Shown in pieces: positions 37,660-50,730 of a DNA stretch of 64,000 bases. The translations under genes were made by a program, and so were the position numbers. The notes under the pieces were generated by a model that did not search any database, was not told where the DNA came from, and saw only the letters and a program-made list of their open reading frames with translations. Where the stretch lies: contig NC_043009.1 in NCBI RefSeq assembly GCF_006345805.1, forward strand, positions 14,012,001-14,076,000, written 5' to 3'. This DNA comes from Octopus sinensis (Eukaryota). Position 1 is the first letter of the stretch. Every line of letters starts with the position of its first letter.

Positions 37660-38977
37660 TTTGATCACTTTGACCGACCAGTCCGTCAGGCGTCCATTTG
37701 ACACCGCTGGTCACAGCACGCTGTCCACTCCTCTCTGGATCGCGCCTTTCTCATCCACGTGATCCCAATCGTCCTCCTGAAATCGTCATTCCACCGTCGT
37801 GGAGGTCTTCCGGGTGGTCTTTTCCGCTCACGCGGGTACCACTCGCCAACTACGTGCGTCCACCGATTATCGGTGAGCCGGGCGACGTGTCCAGCCCATC
37901 TATACTTGCTGCGTGTATAATCTGCGATGACATCTCTCACGCCGGACTTCTTTCTGATGATCTTGCTACTTATGTGCTCTCTCAACGAGATACCAAGCAT
38001 TGACCTTTCCATGGCTCTTTGAGCCGTTGCCAGTCTTTGCTCTTCTCTCTTTGTGGTAGCCCATGTTTCAATACCATATAACATTGCAGGCAGAACTGCA
38101 CTGTTAATGAGGTTGGCGCGGGTGGTCCTGTCCAACCTTCCCTTGAGCACATCCCTTATGCCATTGAACGCCTTCCATCCGGCCCTTACTCTCCGTGAGA
38201 TCTCCTTTTTGATATCGCGGCACATATTTACTTCCTGTCCCAGGTAGACATATTCTCTCACCTCCTCTTTTTCATCACTGCCGATCACCATTCGACCTGT
38301 TGGTACGTTGTCTGACCGCATGAACTTTGTTTTCATGTGGTTCATCTTGAGACCTACAGCAGAACTTTTGATGTCGAGCTCCGTCAGCATGGTCTGAAGC
38401 TGATCCATGTTTTCAGCGATGAGTATGATGTCGTCAGCGAAACGGAGGTGAGTGAGGAGCTCGCCATTGATGTTGACACCACCTTGCCATTCGATGCCTC
38501 TGATGATCTGTTCGAGACATGCAGTGAAAAGTTTTGGGGAGATTGTATCTCCTTGCTTCACTCCCTTCTCGACCGGCACTCGTATGGGTGATGACAGTAG
38601 AGCTATGTCGGTGGTGCATCCAGAATTTGCCTCCCTGAGCAGTTGCACATATTGCCCTCGACCCCTTGCCTGTGCAGCGAGTTCAGCACTGCATTGGTTT
38701 CGACGCTATCGAAGGCCTTCTCATAGTCTACAAACGCAACGCAAACGAGGCAGCTTATACTCATTTGCTCGCTCAAGCAGTTGCGTTAGAGCAAATATAT
38801 GGTCCATTGTGCTGTAGTTCTTCCGGAAGCCTGCTTGCTCCCTCGGTTGTTGTTCGTCGAGACGACGTGACAACCTGTTCAGAATTATCTTCGTGAACAG
38901 CTTGTACACGTGAGACAGCAGGCATATGGGTCGGTAGTTCTTTAGATCTTTTCTGTCGCCCTTCTTATACAGCAGGA
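37655..38977 (-). mobile_element. Young 5'-truncated RTE-clade LINE (RT domain and C-terminus)
   Basis: ORF 37686..38648 'GVKQGDTISPKLF..LRFADDI..YVYLGQ..WAGHVAR'; upstream frame '[23 protein letters not shown]'; tandem tail (CAAAGTGAT)n; (TA)n on both sides. Confidence 0.97.
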
Positions 38978-38997
38978 TATATATATATATATATATA

Positions 38998-39137
38998 GTT
39001 AATCCAAACAAGAAAACACAAAAAAACAAAAAACACAACAACGCGAGGACGTGGAACAAATAAAGTATTATTGGACGCTCAGGAAAGAAGGGAAGAAGGA
39101 GGGTTTAACGTTTCGAGCGGAGCTCTTCGTCGGAAAC
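38998..39137 (-). mobile_element. PLE-type terminal fragment with minimal hammerhead
   Basis: Flanked by (TA)n; homologous to 5846-5946. Confidence 0.8.
39103..39137 (-). ncRNA. Minimal type I hammerhead motif (U4C variant)
   Basis: GUUU CCGACGA A GAGC-UCC-GCUC GAAA C G U U|AAAC; stem I GUUU/AAAC; stem III is the palindrome ACGU. Confidence 0.75.
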
Positions 39138-39169
<32 letters not shown>

Positions 39170-41170
39170 ATGTATATATGTATGCATGTATGTATTCGTG
39201 TGTCTGTGTTTGTTCCCCAACTATCGCTTGACAACTGATGTTGATGTATTTACGTTCCCATAACTTATCGGTTCAGCAAAAGTGGACGATAGATTAAATA
39301 CTAGGTTTACAAAGAATGTCATGGTGTCGATTTGTTTGACTACAGACCCTTTTTCATATTCTTTGCGATACATTTTATTACAAGATTGCAGATGCAAAAT
39401 AGTATTTTTCGTATTTGAGCTTCGTCTTCTGTTCTGCATTTTGTTTCTGCTTATTTTGCCACACTTTGCTTCTTCAATACGATGTTTCTTAATCTTTTCT
39501 TTTTGTAGAATGGCCTGACTCGATATCAGCAATATTTCATACGACTCGCGAGTCGAAACGATTATCGATGCCACACGCATACACACAGAGAAAAACTTCC
39601 TTTAAAAGTGTTCATAACGTTTAAAAACAAAAGAAGCAAATTGCTAACGATAGGGATAATTCATATTTTGTGACTCCAAGTTTCACGCCTTCGGTTATCA
39701 ATGAAAATTTAAAAAACAAAACATGAAACTTTTTCCGGTTCCAACCTTGCAACATCAGCTGTAAACATAGGTGTTGTAACCCGTAACATAGAGGAGAGCA
39801 AACTCAAGAAATATAGGGTCCTGGCAGGTCGCTGTCAGTTTGTGTCGGTCACCGTCGAGTTGTCAGGTGGTCTAGGACCCCCGTTCTAAAAATTTCCTCC
39901 GCAAAATAGGGATAACGGCGACCTGTTGGAGAAATGAGCCCCACGAAGTATAGAGTGGCTGCTGCAGCGAACGTCGCTGGCCATTCTTAGCGGCGACGCT
40001 AGCACGGTCAATATCAAGGGGCGCGAGTGAGCACACCATTTGCTCATCGCACCTCCCCCTCCATCTTCTGCTGCTTTAGTACACTCCTCAGCTTTTTGCT
40101 CACTTTCTTTCTTTTCCTTTCTTATCTTCTTTTTCTTGCTGTTACTTTGTATTTAAATGTTCTAATAAAGCTTAAAAAATAATTAGAAAACTATTCTTGA
40201 AAAATACCCGTATAAAAGAAAATTTTTTTAAATGTTATAAAATATTTGACTCCGTGTATACAAAAATGCAAGTATTATTATTACTCCAAAACGAAATCTA
40301 TTTGAATTAGAAAAAAAACAAAAAATAAACAACAAGATTTTATTTAGTAATTGTTTGCACTGATCGAAGCATTTACTATGTAAATTCAACTAGACAGATT
40401 CGCCATAGAAATATTCTCAAAAAAGTGTCCGACAATTTTGTTTTCAATTTTATATTTGTTTTTCATTTACAAATTTCTTCTTATTTATTTATCTATTATT
40501 TTTTCATGTCACGTGGTTTTATGAAGTAAAAGCAAATTTGGAACGCATTCAGAAAACTAACGATACATTTCCTCATTGCGTATTCAACGAACTCTCAGCT
40601 TCAATCAACGCTGTTGCTTTTCTTTCTTTGACTCAACTCTATATAAGCATCAATAATGTTTTTTTATAATGTTTTGGATACGTTTAGTCGATATGATATA
40701 ATTGAATCATTATATTCTATTTATTTTCTATTTATTTTCTTTTTAATTAGTTTAAGTTTTAGTTGTTTTTTTTCTACCCAATCAATTCGTTCTTTTTATA
40801 TACAACCAATCAATTATTTACATATATTCATTCGATTTTATAATGCATATGCATCTAATAAATTGTCATCATTTTTGTTTTCGACCCTTGATATTTTTAA
40901 TGGTTTTCTGTCTCATTGCAAAGATTTTGTTTAAGAACCGAAACAAAATTTAAAATTCCATTTAATAACCAAATCTTGACATTCTATTTTCAATACGAAA
41001 TACTCTCCTTTCCTTGTTCACCTACAGTGAATTGATAGATTTTCAGTGTTGATAAAGACACACACACACACCTAGATATGTATTTATCAATCTATCTATC
41101 ACCACATACATACATACATACATACATACATACATACATACATACATACATACATACATACATACATACA

Positions 41171-41206
<36 letters not shown>

Positions 41207-41553
41207 CTTATACATTTATAAGCATATAGATAGTTATATTTGTGTAGGTACCTTGTAGAATGCTTTGAAATTTTGGTCCACAGTTAGATACTTAATGTTT
41301 TCATAAAGTCGAAATGCACATGCTGAGATCTAACAGAATGTAACACCTACATTATTATAAGGCAAGAGCAATGGTTAGAGGACATAGCAAAGTACGTGTT
41401 TAAAGAAGTCACCTGAAGAGGAATATTCCTGTGAAGCAAGACAATTGACTGTACAGCATCTGACCTATGAGCTATATGTGCGACAACAATCGAAATATTA
41501 GTTGGGGTTTTGTATGAAGAATGTCATGAATTTCATTTTTCGCCTTTGATCTA

Positions 41554-41644
<91 letters not shown>

Positions 41645-41787
41645 TATATTATATTAAATTAGAGATAAAACCACTATTAGGCAAATCAAACAATGAAAAA
41701 CTTAAACCAATACATAAAATTAATTAATTTATATTATTTTAAATATATATCATAAGTATTAAAAGTTTAATAAAAGATAATGAGTAA

Positions 41788-41860
41788 AACACTACGATCG
41801 TTTCATGGCTGTCCAATTCGTAATAATTCGAGTTATGGTTACAGTCAATCTTCAGGTAAT
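41788..41860 (-). ncRNA. Type I hammerhead motif in a (TA)n-adjacent PLE-type end
   Basis: UAC CUGAAGA UUGACUGU...ACAGCCAU GAAA C GAUC G UA|GUG; palindromic stem III ACGAUCGU; stem II partly mismatched. Confidence 0.72.
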
Positions 41861-41919
41861 TGAAATATTTATGCATGCATCTATTAAAGTACGTATCTAT
41901 GTGTATGCGTTCGCGCATA

Positions 41920-42426
41920 TCTATAACATAAAACCCGTTCTATCTCTGTGTTCGTGTGTAAAAGATTATAACGGCCGTATTTTTCAACTGAGAACATACA
42001 TTACCTATGTTCCAGGGATGGTTTTAGACTCTTAGAAATTTTCACATAATGAGTAACGCCCCTCACCCCTGGGGGCATTAAAAACGCGTTTCTGGATTAC
42101 GTAGATAGGGAAGGTAAATCTTTGCAAAATTAATTGTCTCCCTTACATTTACTGCTCCTAAAAAAATTAATTAATTTTTATATTATATTCACGTCTTTGA
42201 AAGTGTTTTAAAATATTTACTTCCGGTTTTCTAGCATCAGTGATGTCTATATCTCTCTATCTACATCTCTCTATTCATATTTCTTTATCTATCTATTTCT
42301 TTCTCTCTATATCTATCTATATCTCTGTATTTATCTCTATATCTATATCTATCAATTTCTCTGTATCTATCTGTCTATATCTTATCTTTCTTATTTGTCT
42401 TACTAGCTAGATCTCTCTCTCTCACA

Positions 42427-42459
<33 letters not shown>

Positions 42460-43535
42460 ACTCTTTATCTCCCTCACTCTCAATTGTTTTCACTTTCATT
42501 TTTCAGAAGCTATTGTTTTCAATTTAATTACAATCGCTATTGTTTTCACTGTAAGTTTTCAATCGCTATTTACAAACAACAATGACAAATTACTGACAGA
42601 AAGAAGTTCCCAATTACTGATGAAAGTAATTTCATACATAATTTACTGACAGAAGTAACTTCATAAATTTCACTTCAATCCGTACACTTCGTTAAATTTG
42701 CCTACAAATTTCTTATTTACTTTTACAACGTTTTGTGTGTGTATGTGTTTTGTTTTTTGTTGTTGTTGACAGAATTACTGATAAAAGTAAGTTCATAAGT
42801 TCACTTAAGTCCGTACACTTAGTTAATTTCCATAAAAATGTCTTATTTACTTTTGCAATGGGCTTGTGTTTTTCTGTTCTTAACGGCTTTTTTCTGGTTC
42901 CTTCGACACGGGCTCTCCGGTTTAGGGACAAATTTCGCTTCAACCCCTACAATTCTTTATTTTCCGTAAAAATTTTCTTTTTTACTTTCTGTCCGTCATA
43001 CTAAGAAATATAATTTCCGTTACACAGTTATTTTCATTGTTCACATCCGTGTATTTCTGTATATGTATACAACCATGCCTAGATGGAAAGTGTTAAAATT
43101 GCATACGATATCAGGGTCAGCCAAAAGAATGTCTCTGTCCAGGGAAAGAAAGACAGCTGCAGAAAAGGAAGCATACCAAGAAACGGACAGACTGTGTACT
43201 ATAAAAGTCAGAGCATCTCAAAGTTCTGAGCAGAAGTATGTACAGGTGACATGGAGTACGATCTCCACTGTAGAACGAAGAGCAGATCTAGTAGATTAGA
43301 GAAGCAAAGTCTATGAAGCAGCTTTATATGATCCAGCAGTTCGTTATGCAGATGACACTAGAGTTTCCATTGGTGCAATAACAACTGAGTGGATAGATTG
43401 TAAAGCAAGGAAGTGGCCCCGAGAGACATCTGCACTGTGCTCTAGTGGTGGAAAGGTTAAAATCCCTGCAATTCCCCAACCTCTAGAGCCATTGAAGGAA
43501 CTGTTGTCATTAACTGACCAAGATTCCAAGCAGGC
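41920..43535 (+). mobile_element. Helitron remnant (putative 5' end, subterminal repeats, RepHel N-terminal coding fragment at ~43070-43535)
   Basis: Start 'a|TCTATAACATAAAA'; translation 'AALYDPAVRY...IGAI...CKARKWPRETSALCSSGGKVKIPAIPQPLEPLKELL' fits the Helitron 'YDP...IG.M...C..C.A.K...E....CC..GKV.LP....PEPL..LL' pattern. The 5' boundary is less certain than the coding part. Confidence 0.75.
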
Positions 43536-43665
43536 ATGGGTTGGAGAGGTATTAATGTCCAAAGTTGGTATTTCAGCTACTAGCAGTTGAGACCTGCGTA
43601 CTCTAGACGGCGTTTTAAAATTCTAAAACGCTGGATACATCTGGTAGTAAATATATATTTATATA

Positions 43666-43698
<33 letters not shown>

Positions 43699-43771
43699 TA
43701 TATATATATGTGTGTGTGTGTGTGTGTATTTAAATACTATATATATATATTATATATACTATATGTATATA

Positions 43772-43837
<66 letters not shown>

Positions 43838-44284
43838 ATATACATATATATAGGCGCAGGCTTGGCTGTGTAGTAAGTAGCTTGCTTACCGACCTCTTTG
43901 CTTTTGAAGAAATGTAGACATGTTCATGTATGTAACTATATATATATAGATATTGATGGATAGATAGATAGATAGATAGATAGATAGTTCAAACCTATTG
44001 GTTATACGATGGTAAACAGGATACTTGAATCCGGTTATAGATTATTCTCACCGTGTTCTACCAGTTTAGATAAAGTAGACTTGATTGAACGTATAATACG
44101 CTAAATACTCGATGCATCCGAGTCGTACGTCCCTATCCGGGTTTAAACTTTTCTCTTTGCTGGACTACAGGAAATTGAATCTTCGTTCAGAGGGAGGTGG
44201 GCTGGGGCATTCATTAAATAACTTGCCCAAGCTTGAAGCCTAGAGGAACGCATTGCTGTTTTGCAAGGTTGAAATGCGTAAAAA

Positions 44285-44530
44285 CGATATATTCTTCTTC
44301 TTCTTTTTCTTATTTCTCCTCCTCCTTCTCCTCCTCCTTCTTCTTCTTCTTCCTCCTCCTCCTCTCCGCATCGTCAATACTATTATCATTTTATTACCTT
44401 TATACTCAATCTCACCTTCATTACGAAAACACCAATGCCACCACCATCATTATCACAAAGATCATCGGAGTTTAACTTCATCCTCCTCCTCCTCCTCATC
44501 ATCATCGTCATCGTCTACAAAAACCAGTCC

Positions 44531-44589
<59 letters not shown>

Positions 44590-44590
44590 C

Positions 44591-44635
<45 letters not shown>

Positions 44636-44667
44636 CCTCTCTCTTTCTTTCTCTTTCTTTCTTTCTT

Positions 44668-44702
<35 letters not shown>

Positions 44703-44720
44703 ATATATATATATATATAA
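44285..44720. repeat. (TTC/CTC)n, (TCTA)n, (CT)n and (TA)n microsatellite cluster
   Basis: Direct reading. Confidence 0.95.
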
Positions 44721-45149
44721 GCATTTTTGTGCTGGTCAATGTATCACAGGTGTCATTAGCCGAAAACCACTCCAGGTATTTACTTACCTGGACATGCTTC
44801 AGGCTAATCACAATTGCTTACAACTATTAAAGATTCTCAGTAACTTCAATTACGTTTTTTTTTTCCGTTTTTATAAGTCTATTTTTGCTAGGTCACTTCA
44901 AACGGAATGTATTATAACTAAAAGATCTAACTTTTCGCTTACTTTTAAAATCTGAATTCCGATCTTAAAAAAGAAATTTGATCATCAAAGCAAATGTAGA
45001 TAGGGATTATAATGCTCAGTTATTATTTTTTGTTGCTGCTTAGCTCCCAAATCAGCTCTGATGTAGAAAAGCAATGATTTAATTTTGTAATGATTATATT
45101 GTTTGAAGAGACTAGTTTTGCGATTGGACGAAATATACTTGCTATTCTT

Positions 45150-45550
45150 TTCTTTTATTCTTTTACTTGTTTCAGTCATTTGACTGCAGCCATGCTGGAG
45201 CACCGCTTTTAGTCGAGCAAATCGATCCAAGGAATTAATCTTTGTAAGCCTAGTAATTATTCTATCGGTATCTCTTGCCGAACCGCTGAGTAAAGGGGGC
45301 GTAAACACACCAGCATCGGTTGTCAAGTGATGTTGGGAGACAAACACAGACACACAAACACATACATACACACACATATATATACATATATACGACGGGT
45401 TTCTTTCAGTTTCCGTCTATCAAATCCACTCACAAGGCTTTGGTCGGCCCGAGGCTATAGTAGAAGACACTTGCCCAAAGATGCCATGCAGTGGGACTGA
45501 ACCCAGAACCATGTGGTCCGTAAGCAAGCCACTTACCACACAGCCACTCT
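45150..45550 (-). mobile_element. Family C SINE, full length
   Basis: Same motifs as 18849-19273. Confidence 0.92.
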
Positions 45551-46349
45551 TGATTGTTTCTTTTACTTGTTTGCAGTTATTCTGGAGCACCGCCTCGAAC
45601 TATAAACGCCTTTGATCCCTGTCTTTCTCAGCTGGACCCTCCTTGCTATTCGATATATAAAAATTATACTATATTTTCACAATTAAATAATAGGAATTGG
45701 ATTTAAAACTCGCTAAAATATGTTATGCATTGTAGCAGTATACCCGATTTACCTCAGAAAAACAACAAAGTCTTAGATGTTCCCCTAAAGGTGATATGGA
45801 GCCCTTGTGGGAACCACTGGCATAGACTCAGCTTCTTCAGGATAAAATTGATGTAGGGGAGTAATTAGCATTATGCAGGCAGTTATTTTCTCATTCACAA
45901 ACTTGTAAAAATATTATTTGCTTTCAGCAGTTTTCACGTCTTTCATATTTCATGTCACACATGTCAAGTAACTCCATATTTTATGACCGCGCTTCAACCA
46001 CTTGCACAGAGAACCAGAGTAGATGTCCGAATGGTTGCATCAGAGTGGAATCCACTATAGGCACACAATGACCAAGTGGTGGTTGTTAAATTGACTGGAG
46101 TGTTAGGTCTACCACCCTAAAAGAATGGTGCTGATGTTTATAATGAAGATGGTCAATTTGTTAAGCAACGTATGGTAGAGACTTTTGCTAATTCTACATG
46201 GTGTTACTTCATTCACAAACATCATTATATTAATGAGCCATGAAATTGTGACGCATCATTTAGTGCATCACTTTTACGTAGTATTTTCAACAGCACCTTG
46301 CAGAAATATTTCGTATCTTTCTCTCACCCACCTCTCCCTTTTTTCCACT

Positions 46350-46353
46350 CTGT

Positions 46354-46447
<94 letters not shown>

Positions 46448-46489
46448 GTCTGTCTGTCTGTCTACCTGTCTACCTGTCTACCTGTCTAC

Positions 46490-46524
<35 letters not shown>

Positions 46525-46528
46525 CCTG

Positions 46529-46564
<36 letters not shown>

Positions 46565-46691
46565 CCTACCTACCTATCTATCTATCGATCTATCGATCAA
46601 TCGATCTTTCCTTTTGTTATCTCTCTCTTTCTCTACGAATGTATGTATGTATGTATGTATGTATTTATGTATTTATGTATGTATGCATGTA

Positions 46692-46732
<41 letters not shown>

Positions 46733-46745
46733 TTCTCTCTCTGTA
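46350..46745. repeat. (TCTA)n/(TCTG)n/(TATG)n compound microsatellite
   Basis: Direct reading. Confidence 0.95.
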
Positions 46746-47600
46746 TGGTAAACAACTGAAACTGTAGTGATGATATGAAAGAGGACAAAAAGGACAGGAA
46801 CATAGAGGGTAGACTCGAACCTACGGGGAGCATATCATCCACTGTATAATGCACAAGAAAAGCAGGAGGGAATGTATACCTCGTTAACACACTGTATGCC
46901 AATATCAAATCCCCTTATTGTCTGCTAATAACTACTTATTCCAGAGATTACTTTGATTCTAGAGGTTTCTGTTGATGAAAGAAATACTTCTGAATTTTGG
47001 AACTTACTCTTGATAAAATTTCTTTTGATTTTGAAAATTTTCTTGTTCCTGTAAGTTTCTTATCTTAATTCAATGAGCTCCCAATTTCTAGAACTTACCA
47101 TTAAAGACTGAAGTTAGTCTTGGTATAGAAGTTTCTCTTTATTCTAGAAAGTTCATTTCATTGTTTGGTGTAAACTTATGAAATTGTGTTTGCTCACCGG
47201 AGAAATATTTTTGCCATATATGGCTGTAAGGATTGAGGAGTGTTCGGGGTTATTTAAGGGATTGTTTAGCCGGTGGTTGACTGGACAGTCAACGGCTTAA
47301 CAAAACAGATCGGACAATGAATAGTTAGGTAGATATGTTGATTCAAGTCTTGAATCGAACAATAAATCTATCAAAGCGGAACAGTGTGGTCAGCTAAAGA
47401 GCACAATGCACAACAGTACACTGTATACCACTATACACATACAGAATATATATACATTATATATAGATGTGTATATATCTGACAATATATATGAATATAA
47501 ACTTTTATTGACATGTATATGTATTTCTATATATGTGTGTGTGTGTGTGTGTGTGAGTGCATGCGGCGTGATGTCCGGCATTTAAAGTATATATATATAT

Positions 47601-47632
<32 letters not shown>

Positions 47633-48007
47633 AACTTACTTGGAAGTGGATTCGTGGCCTTCAATCATATAGTGTTCTACGTTTTTTGGGTGTCCTGTAC
47701 CCACATATGCATGTATATATACATATAGATGTAGGTATGTACATATATGTATGTATATATATATGTATATGTGTAAGTATGCGTCTGTTTTTGTTCCCTA
47801 ACACTGCTTGAGAATTGGTGCTGGTGTGTTTACATCCCCGTAAGTTAGTGGATCGGCGAAAGAGACCTAGTGAAGAAGTGTCAAGCTTTAAGAAAGATAA
47901 GTACTGAGGTCAATTAGTTCCACTAAAATTCCTCAAAGCAGAGCACCAGCATGGCCGCAGTCTAATGAATGAAACTAGTAAAATATATTAGAGAAACGAT
48001 ATGTATA

Positions 48008-48046
<39 letters not shown>

Positions 48047-48139
48047 CAATATACACACATTTGAATATATCCATCCAATCTGACAGAATCTCTCAATACA
48101 CCGAAACTGAAATGCAGATCTCGCACTCAAAAGAATATT

Positions 48140-48250
48140 ATACGCCTGATGAGTGTTCTTTGCACTGTGCGTTGCAACTAGGTTATTAAATCGTTCCACG
48201 CCGCCCACTAGGGAGCAATGCATCATGAAGACAAAACGATTGTCGTAAAA
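48140..48250 (+). ncRNA. Degenerate type I hammerhead motif with extended stem II
   Basis: CUGAUGA (48146-48152), GUGUUC...GAAGAC, AAAAC (G12A), GAUU, GUC at 48242-48244, AATAAA downstream. Confidence 0.55.
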
Positions 48251-48298
48251 ATAATAAATTGCTTTTTGGTACACACCGTCTTCTCTATTAATCTTATG

Positions 48299-48382
<84 letters not shown>

Positions 48383-48383
48383 G

Positions 48384-48415
<32 letters not shown>

Positions 48416-48419
48416 GTAT

Positions 48420-49855
48420 TAGGAAACACTACTACAGACAGTACATGGATTTACCAAAGAAATAGATATGAAATTTGGATTAGAAAAATGCGCCAAAGTA
48501 ACCCTAGAAAGAGGAAAACTAGTTAAGATTAGCAACATTACACTTGACAAAACCAATGAAATAAGAGAATTAGACCAAAGCCAGACATACAAATATTTAG
48601 GAATCCATGAACAAGATATGATACAACACACACAAATGAAAGAGAAAATAAAGAGAGAATACTATAGTTAGATCAATACTGAAAACAGCTCAATGCTAAA
48701 ACCAAGATAATATGTATCAACACTCTAGCCGTCCCAGATATAAGTTACAGCTACAATATCCTTTACCGGATACTAAATGAACTAACCAAAATAGACAGGA
48801 AAACAAAAGAAATATGGACAGGGTCTAGGATGCACCACCCAAAATCTGACATAGAAAGGCTATATATACAACGTATAAAAGGTGGTAGAGGCCTTATACA
48901 GCTGAAAAACTACTATAAAATAACCACCATAAGACTGCAAAAATACCTACTTCAGAAGCAAGGAAAACTAATAGCCACAAAACACGAGCAAAACAAAAAA
49001 CTATTCTCAGTATTTAAGGAAGCTTACAAGTACAAACAAGAAAACATACTGCCTAACAAATATGAAGAAGAAGAAGAAACAACAAAGCTATAAAACAAAT
49101 GAAATCCAAACTAAAACTAGAACAGTAACGAACCATGATAAAACGATGGCAAGAAAAGCCCCTTCATGGCAAATACTGGGCTAAACTAAATGCAAAAGAA
49201 ATAGACAGAGAAAAATCCCAGCAATGGTTTAGAAGCTCAGGACTCAAAGCAGAGTCGGAGGGATTTTTAATTGCAGCACAAGACCAAAGCCTCCTCACCA
49301 GAAATTACCAAAAATATATAATGAAAAGAAACATAACAAGTAACTGCAGAATATGTGGAGATGGACAAGAAACAATAATTTATATTATCTCTGGCTGCCC
49401 AGTCCTGGCTAAGAAGAAATATATTCACAGACACGCCTGAGTTGGGGCCTACATACACTGGAAGCTATGCCAACACTATGGAATAACAACAGAAAAAAGA
49501 TGGTATAGGCACACACCAGAAAAGGTCACAGAAAACGAGAAAGCAATCATACTCTCGGATATGCCGATACACACAGATAGAGAAATTAAGGCCAAGAGGC
49601 CAGATATAGTTGTCAGAGATCATTAGGTATGATTAAAAATATTCATACAAATACGTAACAAAAACACCAGGACTTACAAATATATATATATAACATACAG
49701 AAAATTGCACTACTTGGCACCGTACACATCCTACGCAGAACATTTTCAATACAGTAACCATCAAAGCATCACAACAAATCACAGCACATGCCCAAGGCAC
49801 ACAGAGCTGCGCTCGGTAGTGAAGTGAGAGCACGCAATAAAAATAAAACTACTGA
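48420..49855 (+). mobile_element. 5'-truncated R4/Dong-clade non-LTR retrotransposon inserted in (TAA)n
   Basis: 'FGLEKCA','YKYLG','LYIQRIKGGRGL','CRICG...ET..IISGCP' zinc knuckle, 'KRPDIV' restriction-like endonuclease, 'ALLGTVHILR'; (AAT)n on both sides. Confidence 0.95.
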
Positions 49856-49857
49856 AT

Positions 49858-49921
<64 letters not shown>

Positions 49922-50206
49922 TAATAATAATGATGATGATGATGATGATGATGATAATCGATTAAGTAAACAGAAAATGGAATTAGTATAACTTTACTTG
50001 TACGACGATTGTTTCGACCCATCTTGCGCCATTTTGAAGCAGAATGGAGACATAATTGCAACATCTTTTGCTACGCAAAATTTCGAAAATTTTCGCTAAA
50101 CATCATTCCAGCATTTTCCTTCTAATCAAATTGTCATGTAATTGAAGCAACACAAATTTCAATTATGAAGTGTGAATAACTACGCTTCATTTGCTGAAAA
50201 TATATA

Positions 50207-50728
50207 CTGTAAATCCTCGAGTATAATCCGCATTTTTTTCCCAAAATTTAAAGGTCAAAATCCCTAGTGCGTACTATATACGAGGTTAAAAATGAAAAAT
50301 ATTTTCTCAGCAATGTCCGTGTCTCTATTTGCTATCCCGCAATGTTTATTCAAACGCATTTTGTGATGTCGGGCGCGAAAATACCTTAAGCTAAGCCTGA
50401 AAGCAATGAAGTCATAAAAGAATCATCCATAACTTGCAGTATGCAACATTTATTAAAATAAAAGTATTCAGAACACAGAATAACATGTAACAAAAACAAT
50501 TTGCAAACATATTTACATTCCCATATAACAATTAAGAACATCACCATTATTGTATTACGCATGCGTGGAAGCGTTTGTTCGACTAGATGCTGCTGGATTA
50601 ATTACGCACGACTCAAGTTAGAGAAGGGGTGCGTATTATACACAAGGTTTAGGCTTTTCAGAGGTACATCCTCCTAAAAATTCCCTGCGTATTATACTCA
50701 AGGGTGGACTATACTCGAGGATTTACGG
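50207..50728. mobile_element. Non-autonomous Tc2/pogo-like MITE, 522 bp
   Basis: TIRs c(t/c)gtaaatcctcgagtata(a/g)tcc(g/a)c, TA TSD (50205-50206, 50729-50730), subterminal 'tgcgtattata' repeats. Confidence 0.92.
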
Positions 50729-50730
50729 TA

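Larger units (their letters stand above)
37471..39330 (+). mobile_element. Family C SINE split by nested RTE and PLE insertions
   Basis: 5' half 37471-37619, 3' half ~39180-39330. Confidence 0.85.

Noticed and set aside
37698-38817. Plus-strand ORFs overlapping the RTE
   Set aside because: Antisense shadows of the RT ORF.
46940-47390. Possible L1/Tx1-type LINE remnant on the minus strand
   Set aside because: Coding-like composition but no motif I can state with confidence.
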